A stretch of 64,000 bases of DNA from NCBI GenBank assembly GCA_035635635.1, contig DASQAS010000108.1:42843-106842 (forward strand). The letters run 5' to 3'. The position numbers were made by a program, and so were the translations under genes. Below are positions 1-9,150 of this stretch, in pieces (the stretch's first letter is position 1; every line of letters begins with the position of its first letter). The notes beneath the pieces are model-generated. The model worked only from the letters and a program-made list of their open reading frames with translations, searched no databases and was not told where the DNA came from. The DNA comes from Myxococcales bacterium (GTDB lineage Bacteria > Myxococcota > Myxococcia > Myxococcales > 40CM-4-68-19).

Positions 1-1
1 G

Positions 2-202
2 GAAGTGGGCGTGATCAAGGGGAAGCCGCCCACGCTGACCAAGCGGGGCGAGTTCGTTCCCAACGGGCGGCAGATCTCGATCTTCTTCCGTGGGGTCGGT
101 GGAGTTACCGAGGAGCGGGTGTTCGAGGCGAATCCCGATCACTCCGAGCTGCGCGAGGCCGGATCGGCTCCGGCCTCGTACCGTCGCGGCTCACCCCCGT
201 GA
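2..202 (+). CDS. 3' end of an unidentified protein-coding gene (partial, continues upstream of the window)
   Basis: The frame is open from the window edge to TGA at 200-202. Third positions are GC-rich like neighbouring genes. The 66 residues give no recognisable family. Confidence 0.3.
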   Translation, partial: EVGVIKGKPPTLTKRGEFVPNGRQISIFFRGVGGVTEERVFEANPDHSELREAGSAPASYRRGSPP

Positions 203-205
203 TAG

Positions 206-1504
<1,299 letters not shown>

Positions 1505-1666
1505 GTCTGGCCCCGCCCGCCGCAGGCGGGTTACGGGCGCTACGCAGTAGAGGTTGACATGAGCCCCAGGCCTGCATGGAAAGGTGGGGGAGGGCTCGCT
1601 GAAGGCATCGGTATCCGGTTCGCCGGGGTCGCGACCCGGCGGGCAGGGCCGAAGGAGGAGGTTCCC

Positions 1667-2815
1667 ATGGGTGAAGCGATCATCGTCGATGCGTTCCGGA
1701 CCGCCCGCGGCAAGCGCAAGGGGGCGCTCTCCTCGTTGCATCCGGTGGATCTGTTGGCGCGCACGCTGGTCGGGACGCTCGACCGCGCCAACGTGAAGGC
1801 CCACGACGTCGAGGACGTGATCATGGGTTGCGTCACGCAGGTGGGCGAGCAAGGGATGAACATCGCCCGCGGCGCAGTGCTGGCGGCCGGGCTGCCCATC
1901 GAGATCCCCGGGACCACCGTGAACCGGTTCTGCGGCTCGGGCCTGCAGGCGGTGAACTTCGGCGCCCAGGCGGTGCTGAGCGGCGCGGCGCAGCTGGTGG
2001 TGGCGGGCGGGGTGGAGCACATGACGCGGGTGCCGATGGGCTCGGACGCGGCAGGCGGCGAGGGACCGGCGTCGCCTGGTCTTCTGGAGCACTGGCCGGA
2101 CCTCGTGCCGCAAGGGCTCTCGGCGGAGATGATCGCAGCGAAGTGGGGCTACTCGCGCCGCAAGCTCGACGAGTTTGCCGCCTCGTCGCAGGAGAAGGCC
2201 ACCAACGCGATCGAGCGCGGGTACTTCACGCGGGAGATCCTGTCCTTGAACATCGGGGATCGTCCGTTCGACCGGGACGAGCACCCGCGCCTCGGCACCA
2301 CCGCAGATACCCTCGCGGTGCTGAAGCCGTCGTTCAAGGAGGACGGGGTGCTGCACGCCGGCAACTCGTCGGGGATCGTCGACGGCGCGGCGGCCGTGGT
2401 GATCGCCTCCAAGGGTCGGGCGCGGTCGCTCGGGCTCAAGCCGAGGGCGCGGATCGTCTCGATGGCGGTGACGGGCAGCGATCCGGTGCTGATGCTCACC
2501 GGGCCGATCCCGGCCACGCGGAAGGCCCTGGCGCAGGCGGACCTCAAGGTCGACGACATCGACCTGTTCGAGATCAACGAGGCGTTCGCGCCCGTGCCGC
2601 TGGTGGTGGCGCAGGAGCTGGGGATTCCCCTGGAGAAGGTGAACCCGAACGGCGGGGCCATCGCGCTCGGGCATCCGCTCGGAGCGACGGGAGCGATGCT
2701 GCTGGCGACGGCGCTGCACGAGCTGGAGCGCACCGGGCAGAGGCGGGCGCTGATCACGCTCTGCATCGGGTATGGGATGGGGATTGCGACGATCATCGAC
2801 CGGAAGGTCGATTAG
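1667..2815 (+). CDS. Acetyl-CoA C-acyltransferase (thiolase)
   Basis: Thiolase motifs 'NRFCGSG' (active Cys), 'GHPLGATG' and 'CIGYGMG'. ATG at 1667 is preceded by a GAAGGAGGAG RBS. The track start at 1559 is judged an upstream extension. Confidence 0.9.
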   Translation: MGEAIIVDAFRTARGKRKGALSSLHPVDLLARTLVGTLDRANVKAHDVEDVIMGCVTQVGEQGMNIARGAVLAAGLPIEIPGTTVNRFCGSGLQAVNFGAQAVLSGAAQLVVAGGVEHMTRVPMGSDAAGGEGPASPGLLEHWPDLVPQGLSAEMIAAKWGYSRRKLDEFAASSQEKATNAIERGYFTREILSLNIGDRPFDRDEHPRLGTTADTLAVLKPSFKEDGVLHAGNSSGIVDGAAAVVIASKGRARSLGLKPRARIVSMAVTGSDPVLMLTGPIPATRKALAQADLKVDDIDLFEINEAFAPVPLVVAQELGIPLEKVNPNGGAIALGHPLGATGAMLLATALHELERTGQRRALITLCIGYGMGIATIIDRKVD

Positions 2816-2947
2816 CAGGGATCGGGTCTCGCGCCTCTCGGCCCGCGAAGGCGGCGAGCCCCTGGCCCAGGCCGCCGCAAGTGCGGTGTGCGCCTCACGC
2901 CTTCGCCGGTTTCTGGCGCGTAGACCGGGCGGAGGTATCCTCCCGAC

Positions 2948-3667
2948 ATGTCTCTGTTGCTCGCGTTGCTCCTGGCCGACGCGGCGTCCTTGATGGCCGC
3001 CGGCGACAAGGCCGTCGCGGCCAAGGATTTCCGCACCGCCCTGTTCGCCTACCAGGACGCGACCCGGGAGGACCCGACCAGCGCGGTCGTGATGGTGAAG
3101 CTGGCGGACACGTACTCGCGGATGGGGCATGACTCCGAGGCGATCGAGTACTACTTGCGCGCGCTCAAGATCGATCCGAAGAACACCGAGGCGGCGCAGG
3201 GAATCTCGACCTCGCGCGAGCGGCTGGCGGTGCTCGCTCCGGCCAGGCCGGCCGAGCCGCCGCCCAAGCCGGTGGAGGCGCCCAAGGTCGACGAGGCCGG
3301 CGCCCGGGAGCGGTACACGGCCGCGGTGAAGCTGATCCACGAGCGCAAGTACGCCGAGGCGATCCCGGTGCTCGAAGAGGCCCTGCAGAAGAAGCCCGGC
3401 TACGGCGTGGCATTGGTCGCCCGCGGCTCGGCGCACATGGGTCTGTCGCAATACGAAGCCGCCGCGGCCGACTACTCGGCGGCGCGCGCGTCGGACCCCT
3501 CGCTCGCCTCCCCGCTGTTCGGCCTGGCCGAGGCCTACCGCGCGATGGGACAAGCGGGGAAAGCGGCGCAGATGTACAAGGAATACGCGGCGAGCACCGC
3601 GTCGGACGTACAGCCGCAGCTTCGTGACTACGCGGCGAAGAACGCGCAAGCATTGGCAAATCCGTAG
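2948..3667 (+). CDS. TPR-repeat protein with a hydrophobic N-terminus (probably exported)
   Basis: 239-aa ORF with a signal-like 'MSLLLALLLADAASL' and repeated TPR-like helices ('AIEYYLRALKIDPKN', 'AAADYSAARASDPS', 'AEAYRAMGQAGKAAQMYKEY'). Confidence 0.7.
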   Translation: MSLLLALLLADAASLMAAGDKAVAAKDFRTALFAYQDATREDPTSAVVMVKLADTYSRMGHDSEAIEYYLRALKIDPKNTEAAQGISTSRERLAVLAPARPAEPPPKPVEAPKVDEAGARERYTAAVKLIHERKYAEAIPVLEEALQKKPGYGVALVARGSAHMGLSQYEAAAADYSAARASDPSLASPLFGLAEAYRAMGQAGKAAQMYKEYAASTASDVQPQLRDYAAKNAQALANP

Positions 3668-3777
3668 TTCAACGCAGTTGTCGCGGCAGCGACTCGGCAA
3701 CCGCCGGAATCGTTGCGCCGAGGCGGGGAGCGATCTATGTCTCCCGCGCAGTCGAGTCCCCCTGAGCCGCCCCCTCG

Positions 3778-4635
3778 ATGCCCAACAGGCCGCCCAAATC
3801 CAGCACCGGGTCTCCGCTCAGCCCGAGTGCAACGCCGGACCTTCCTGGGCCGATGGCTGCCACGCCCAAGGCGGCCGTCTCGCCGCCGAAGAACGGGCAG
3901 GAGGCGGGACGGACGCAGGATCAACACCCCGGCGAACCGGTGCATCCCGGCGTACCGCTGGCGCCGCCGGGCATCGTCCCCGAGTCGGACGTGCGGGTCC
4001 ACACGCCGGCGGCCGCCAGGCCTCCCCCGGAGCACGGGCAGGTCAACGAGGGGCTCGGAGAGCTGCCCTGGGCCTACGGGGACGCGCGCCTCGTCGGGCT
4101 GGTCCGCGATCCGACCACGCTGTTCGTCTACTGGGATTTCTCGCCGCTGCAGATCGAGCAGGCCTTCGTGGGTCTCGGAGCGGCCCGCGCCGTGCTGCGG
4201 CTCTGGAACGCCCGCAACGGCAGCGCGGGCGGCGAGATGTTGCGCGAGACCGAAGTGCACCTCGACGCCCGCGGGTGGTACCTGCGCGAGCTGCCGTCGA
4301 ACAGCGAGATCCGCGCAGAGCTGTGGGCGGTGGGCGAGCGCGGTTCGCGGCTGATGCGCGCCGGCCGTCCCATCCGGCTACCTCCGGCGCAGCCATCCGA
4401 CCAGCTCGAGGCGTTCTACCTCAACCTCACGCTGGGGCAGGCGATCTCGGGCGGCATCTCCACCGGGCGGCCCCTCAACTACGGAGGCTCGGCGCCGGCG
4501 GGGTGGGAGCGCCGGCTGCAGCCGCGGGCGTTCAGCGGTTCGAGCATGGGCGGGCCGTTCGGATGGAGCCCGGGCGGGAAGCTGCCCTGGAGCATGACCC
4601 ACCTGATGCCCGATCTCGACGAGGGCGATGAATGA
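3778..4635 (+). CDS. DUF4912-like protein (Pro-rich N-terminus)
   Basis: 'LPWAYGDARLVGLVRDPTTLFVYWDF' resembles the DUF4912 domain that commonly precedes GH57 genes. Its stop overlaps the next start (ATGA at 4632-4635). The start codon is uncertain. Confidence 0.6.
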   Translation: MPNRPPKSSTGSPLSPSATPDLPGPMAATPKAAVSPPKNGQEAGRTQDQHPGEPVHPGVPLAPPGIVPESDVRVHTPAAARPPPEHGQVNEGLGELPWAYGDARLVGLVRDPTTLFVYWDFSPLQIEQAFVGLGAARAVLRLWNARNGSAGGEMLRETEVHLDARGWYLRELPSNSEIRAELWAVGERGSRLMRAGRPIRLPPAQPSDQLEAFYLNLTLGQAISGGISTGRPLNYGGSAPAGWERRLQPRAFSGSSMGGPFGWSPGGKLPWSMTHLMPDLDEGDE

Positions 4636-6227
4636 ACCACGGCGCCCTCTGCATCGTGCTCCACGCGCACCTGCCCTACGTGCGCCACCCCGAGTACCCC
4701 GAGTTCCTCGAGGAGGACTGGCTCTACGAGGCGATCACCGAGACGTACCTGCCGCTCCTGGAGGTGTTCGACCGCTGCGTCGAGGACGGGATCCCCTTCC
4801 GCATCACCATGACCCTGACGCCGCCCCTGGTCGGCATGCTGCGCGACGAGCTCCTCATGTCGCGCTACGCGCGGCGTCTCGATCTGCTCTGCGAGCTCTG
4901 CGACAAGGAAGTGGAGCGCACGCGATCGGATCCGAAGTTCGGCCCGCTCGCCTGGCACTACCGCGAGCACCTCTACCACCTGAGGCGGCTGTTCCACGAC
5001 CGGTACCGCCGGGACCTGATCGCCGCGTTCAAGCGGCTCCAGGATGCGGGAGCGCTGGAGATCATTACCTGTGGCGCGACCCACGGCTTCTTGCCGTTGA
5101 TGGTCCACCAGGAGGCGATCCGGGCGCAGATCCAGGTGGCCAGCATGCACTACCGCATGCACTTCGGGCGCGACCCCCGCGGCATCTGGCTGCCGGAGTG
5201 CGGCTACGCGCCGGGGATCGACCGGTACCTCGCGGCGGAGAACATCCGCTTCTTCTTCGTGGACTCGCACGCGCTGGCCAACGCCGTCCCACGCCCGCGC
5301 CGCGGCGTGTACGCGCCGGTGTACACGCCGAGCGGCGTGGCGGCCTTCGCGCGGGACCCGGAGAGCTCGATGCAGGTCTGGAGCGCCGAGCACGGGTACC
5401 CGGGAGATCAGGTCTACCGGGAGTTCTACCGGGACATCGGATGGGACCTCGACTACGAGTACGTCCGGCCCTACATCCAGGCCACCGGGGATCGGAAGAA
5501 CACCGGGATCAAGTACTACCGGATCACCGGCAACGTCCCGCTCGGCGAGAAGGAGCCGTACGATCCCGCCGCAGCGCGCGCGCGGGCCGAGATGCACGCC
5601 GGGAATTTCCTGTTCAACCGGACCAAGCAGATCGAGTTCCTGCAGGGGGCGTTCCGCGACGGCCCGCCGCCCATCGTGATCGCGCCCTACGACGCCGAGC
5701 TGTACGGGCACTGGTGGTACGAGGGGCCCATCTTCCTGGATTACCTCATCCGCAAGGCGGTGCGCGACCAGGACGTGCTGAAGCTCCAGTCGCCGATCGA
5801 CTACCTCGCGGAGCATCCGGAGCAGCAGCTCGCGCAGCTCCCGATGTCCTCGTGGGGCGCGGGAGGGTACGCGGAGGTCTGGCTGGACGAAGGGAACGAC
5901 TGGATCTACCGCTACCTGCACAAGGCGTCGGAGCGGATGATCGAGCTGGCGCGGATGCACCAGGACGCGAGCGGGGTGACGCGAAGGGCGCTGAACCAGG
6001 CGGCGCGGGAGCTCTTGCTGGCGCAGTCGTCGGACTGGGCGTTCATCATCAAGACGGGGACGATGGTGGACTACGCCGTCCGGAGGACGCGGGAGCACCT
6101 GCTGCGGTTCTCGCGGCTATATGACCAGCTGAAGGCGAACGGAGTGGACGAGTCGTGGTTGTCCAGCGTGGAGGGGCGGGACAATCTGTTTCCGGAGATT
6201 GATTACAGGGTGTATCGGCCGGCGTAG
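4632..6227 (+). CDS. GH57-family 1,4-alpha-glucan branching enzyme
   Basis: N-terminal 'LCIVLHAHLPYVRHPEYPEF' and 'APYDAELYGHWWYEGP' are typical of GH57 branching enzymes. 531 aa. Confidence 0.85.
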   Translation: MNHGALCIVLHAHLPYVRHPEYPEFLEEDWLYEAITETYLPLLEVFDRCVEDGIPFRITMTLTPPLVGMLRDELLMSRYARRLDLLCELCDKEVERTRSDPKFGPLAWHYREHLYHLRRLFHDRYRRDLIAAFKRLQDAGALEIITCGATHGFLPLMVHQEAIRAQIQVASMHYRMHFGRDPRGIWLPECGYAPGIDRYLAAENIRFFFVDSHALANAVPRPRRGVYAPVYTPSGVAAFARDPESSMQVWSAEHGYPGDQVYREFYRDIGWDLDYEYVRPYIQATGDRKNTGIKYYRITGNVPLGEKEPYDPAAARARAEMHAGNFLFNRTKQIEFLQGAFRDGPPPIVIAPYDAELYGHWWYEGPIFLDYLIRKAVRDQDVLKLQSPIDYLAEHPEQQLAQLPMSSWGAGGYAEVWLDEGNDWIYRYLHKASERMIELARMHQDASGVTRRALNQAARELLLAQSSDWAFIIKTGTMVDYAVRRTREHLLRFSRLYDQLKANGVDESWLSSVEGRDNLFPEIDYRVYRPA

Positions 6228-6228
6228 T

Positions 6229-6415
6229 GTCGCAGACTGGGCTTCAGCCTGTTGCTGACCTGATCGCAGAGGAATTTCACATCGCTGCCGCACATCTCGA
6301 GCGACAGGAGCTGCTTCTGGCCGTCCGCCAGGACCGCCACCGCGACGAGCACTGGCGAGCTCACCACTTTGCCGGCGGTGCGAACCCTTAGCGCGATGGC
6401 GTCAAGGTAGATAGA
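6229..6415 (-). pseudogene. Internal fragment of an IS256/Mutator-family transposase (remnant)
   Basis: My minus-strand translation reads 'SIYLDAIALRVRTAGKVVSSPVLVAVAVLADGQKQLLSLEMCGS...', which matches the conserved core block of IS256-type transposases. It has no start and no remaining gene body, and it abuts the GH57 stop codon. Confidence 0.5.
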
Positions 6416-6459
6416 CGACCTCGAGTTCCTCTAGCGAGAGGAAGCGGTCGATCAGGAGC

Positions 6460-7092
6460 TCATGCGGAGTATCCCCTGTCTCGACTCGCCGTTCGTGGCA
6501 CACCCACCCGAAGCATCCACCATTCCGCCTGCGCGACGAGAGGCGGTCCATGCTCCCGCCACGCGGACGAGCAGAACGGATCGACGCCGGAGGGCGGTGG
6601 CTCCCCTGCGCGCGCCGCGTGGATTGCCCAGTTCTCCAGCACGTAGCGGATCGCCTGGAACGCCTCGCGCGGCGACTTCAGGATGTGCGCGTGGTACCGG
6701 TCCGCGAACACCGGTCCGCGGCGGCCCATCAGGTTGTTGAGCGCCCGTGCCATGCGGACCTCGAGGCCCTTCATGGCCCGCCCGAGTGCGACCGCGTCCG
6801 GCGCCTCGACGATGAGGTGCAGGTGGTGGCCCTGCACCGAGAACTCCACGAGGCGGTAGCCGAACCGCTCGCATCCCCGTGCGAAGGCGCGCTTGAGCGC
6901 CCGGAAGCAGCGATGCGTGCGGAGGTTCCAGACCTCGCGGCGCAACCGCAAGGTGACGTGGAGGGTGGCGCGGCGGAATTTCTCTCGCGGGACGTGGGGC
7001 ACGTTCTTGCGCGGCGACTTCCGCTTGCGACCGGCACCACGGCGGGCGCCTCCCCATTGGGGTAAAGGGAGATCCTGCTGGATTGCGTTCAT
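6460..7092 (-). CDS. IS200-like / REP-associated tyrosine transposase (Y1 HUH family)
   Basis: 210 aa with the HUH motif 'GHHLHLIV', a catalytic-Tyr motif 'IRYVLENW', and 'GPVFADRYHAH', typical of the Y1_Tnp/RAYT family. A 7-bp stem hairpin (TTCCTCT-AGCG-AGAGGAA, 6426-6443) lies just past its stop. Confidence 0.75.
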   Translation of the reverse strand: MNAIQQDLPLPQWGGARRGAGRKRKSPRKNVPHVPREKFRRATLHVTLRLRREVWNLRTHRCFRALKRAFARGCERFGYRLVEFSVQGHHLHLIVEAPDAVALGRAMKGLEVRMARALNNLMGRRGPVFADRYHAHILKSPREAFQAIRYVLENWAIHAARAGEPPPSGVDPFCSSAWREHGPPLVAQAEWWMLRVGVPRTASRDRGYSA

Positions 7093-7318
7093 GCTGGCAG
7101 CGTACGGGAGGGGTCTGACATTTCCTGGCGGGTGCGCTCGAGGCTGGGAGAGTTCGGTCGCGGCTTGTCCGCCGATTCATCTTGATTGAGCGGACATCGC
7201 CGCCCCGAGACCGCCGGGTGCATCGGAGAGATCGCTGGCGCCGCAGTCCCCAGGGGGCAGCCAACGCCAACTCCCGTCGCGCAGTGCAACCCGCCCGCGG
7301 CGGCGGTAGCCTCGGCTC

Positions 7319-7972
7319 ATGCGCCTCCTCGCCTTCGCCGCCTCCCTCCGCTCCGCATCGCTGAACCACAAGCTCGTGTCGCTCGCGGCTCGTCTCGCCG
7401 CCCAGGAAGGGGCAGACGTCGACCTTGCCCGCTTCCGCGAATTCGAGATGCCGCTCTACGACGGCGATGAGGATGCCGCGCACGGCTTGCCGGACGGCGC
7501 GCGAAAGCTGAAGGAGCGCATCGAGCGCGCCGCCGGGCTGATGATCGCCGTCCCCGAGTACAACTACTCCATCCCCGGCCCGCTCAAGAACGCCATCGAC
7601 TGGGTCTCCCGCGCGCGCCCGATGCCCTGGCGGGGCCGCGCCGTGTATCTAATGTCAACCGCGCCTTCGGCGGTGGGCGGCGTCCGCGGGCTCTGGCAGA
7701 CCCGCATCCCGCTCGAGGGCTGCGGCGCGATCGTCTTCCCCGACATGTTCGCGCTGCCCCATGGCAACACCGCCTTCGACGAGCGCGGGTTCCTCCGCGA
7801 CCACGCGCCCTTCGAGCGGCTGCTCAAGGAAGTGCGCGGATTCGTCCGCTTCGCGGAGGCCGTCGAGCCGCTCTGCTGCGCGCCGCCTCCGGCGGCCGAC
7901 GCGAAGCAGCGGGCGGAGCAGATTGCGGCGGCGCTGGAGGAGGAGAGCGAGCTCCAGCCCGCCGCTCCGTAG
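7319..7972 (+). CDS. NAD(P)H-dependent FMN reductase family oxidoreductase
   Basis: 'MRLLAFAASLRSASLNHKL...' and 'VPEYNYSIPGPLKNAIDW' are hallmarks of the FMN_red family. 217 aa. Confidence 0.8.
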   Translation: MRLLAFAASLRSASLNHKLVSLAARLAAQEGADVDLARFREFEMPLYDGDEDAAHGLPDGARKLKERIERAAGLMIAVPEYNYSIPGPLKNAIDWVSRARPMPWRGRAVYLMSTAPSAVGGVRGLWQTRIPLEGCGAIVFPDMFALPHGNTAFDERGFLRDHAPFERLLKEVRGFVRFAEAVEPLCCAPPPAADAKQRAEQIAAALEEESELQPAAP

Positions 7973-8081
7973 GGCGCAAGGAGGCGCCCGCCCGTCAGAC
8001 GGGCGCGCGAGCCCACGCCCTCTCTGCCCGTCCGTAACGCAGTGCACATCCTTCCCTCGTTCTTTTCTCGTCGGAGGAGGG

Positions 8082-9149
8082 ATGACCCTGAGGGTCGCGC
8101 TCGTATCCACACCCTTCGTGTCCGTTCCTCCCCGAGGGTACGGAGGGACCGAGTTGGTGGTCGGCGAGCTGGCCAAGGCGCTGGCGGCGCGCGGGATCGA
8201 CGTGGTGGTCTATGCGACGGGCGATTCGGATCTGCCCGGGATCGAGATCCGGTCGTATTTCCCCGCGGCGCAGTGGCCGCCGGATCGCGACATCGAGCGC
8301 GTGCACGCCACCTGGTCGCTGCGCGATGCGGCGCGGGACCCGCGCGGGTTCGACGTGATCCACGTCCACTCCCCCTGCGCGGTGGAGATGGCGCGGCTCT
8401 CGCCCTATCCGGTGATCTACACGCTGCACCACGACTTCGACGCCGAGCTCACCGACCTCTACCGGCGGGCGCCGCAGGTGAAGCTGGTCGCGATCAGCCG
8501 GTCGCAGGCCCGGCGGGAGCCGGCGCCGGTGGCCGCCGTGGTGCACCACGGTCTCGATCCGAGGCGGTTCGCTCCGATGGCGGAGCAGGGCTATCTGCTG
8601 TTCCTCGGCCGCTACGACCGGGTCAAGGGGGTCCGCCAGGCCATCGAGGTGGCCGTCCGGGCCGGGCTGCCGCTGGTGATGGCGGGCGCGCCCCACCAGC
8701 ACGAATACTTCGAGTACGACGTGAAGCCGCTGATCGAGCAGCACGGGGTGCTCGAGGTGGGTCCGGTCGGAGGCAGCCGCAAGGTGGCGCTGATCGCGAG
8801 GGCCCGGGCGCTGCTCTTTCCCATCGAGTGGGAAGAGCCGTTCGGGCTGGTGATGATCGAGGCCATGCTGAGCGGCGTTCCGGTCCTCGGGACTTCCCGG
8901 GGCGCGGTTCCCGAAGTGGTGGACGACGGCATCACGGGGGTCGTCTGCGACGACGCTACCGAGATGGTGGCCGCCGCCCGGATCGCGGACAAGCTCTTCG
9001 ACCGGAAGCGGATCCGGCAGCAGGCGATGGAGCGATGGTCGGCGGACCGGATGGCCGACGAGTACCTGGCGCTCTACCGGGCGGCGCAGGTGCAGCAGTT
9101 CGTGGCGGAGGAGGAAGAAGAAAAGCCGGACGCCGCCGCGGAGGCGTGA
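8082..9149 (+). CDS. GT4-family glycosyltransferase (glycogen-synthase-like)
   Basis: ATG at 8082 follows GGAGGAGGG. 'VALVSTPFVSVPPRGYGGTELVV' and the EX7E region 'EPFGLVMIEAMLSGVPVLG' match GT4. The track ORF start at 7761 is an artefactual extension. Confidence 0.85.
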   Translation: MTLRVALVSTPFVSVPPRGYGGTELVVGELAKALAARGIDVVVYATGDSDLPGIEIRSYFPAAQWPPDRDIERVHATWSLRDAARDPRGFDVIHVHSPCAVEMARLSPYPVIYTLHHDFDAELTDLYRRAPQVKLVAISRSQARREPAPVAAVVHHGLDPRRFAPMAEQGYLLFLGRYDRVKGVRQAIEVAVRAGLPLVMAGAPHQHEYFEYDVKPLIEQHGVLEVGPVGGSRKVALIARARALLFPIEWEEPFGLVMIEAMLSGVPVLGTSRGAVPEVVDDGITGVVCDDATEMVAAARIADKLFDRKRIRQQAMERWSADRMADEYLALYRAAQVQQFVAEEEEEKPDAAAEA

Positions 9150-9150
9150 C

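Noticed and set aside
1516-1530. Small hairpin CCCGCC-GCA-GGCGGG after purA. A related GCCGCC-GCA-GGCGGC occurs at about 29329-29343 upstream of aspS, sharing the 13-mer CCGCCGCAGGCGG.
   Set aside because: These are very short, extremely GC-rich and lack a U-tract. They are expected by chance in this composition and were not listed as features.
2813-2915. Possible degenerate fifth REP-like copy after the thiolase TAG stop ('...GTGCGGTGTGCGCCTCACGCCTTCGCC' resembles the REP tail TTGCGACACTGCGCCTACGCCTTTC).
   Set aside because: The diagnostic nested hairpin head (TAGCCGC...GCGGCTAC) is missing and the tail similarity is patchy. This is not enough to call.
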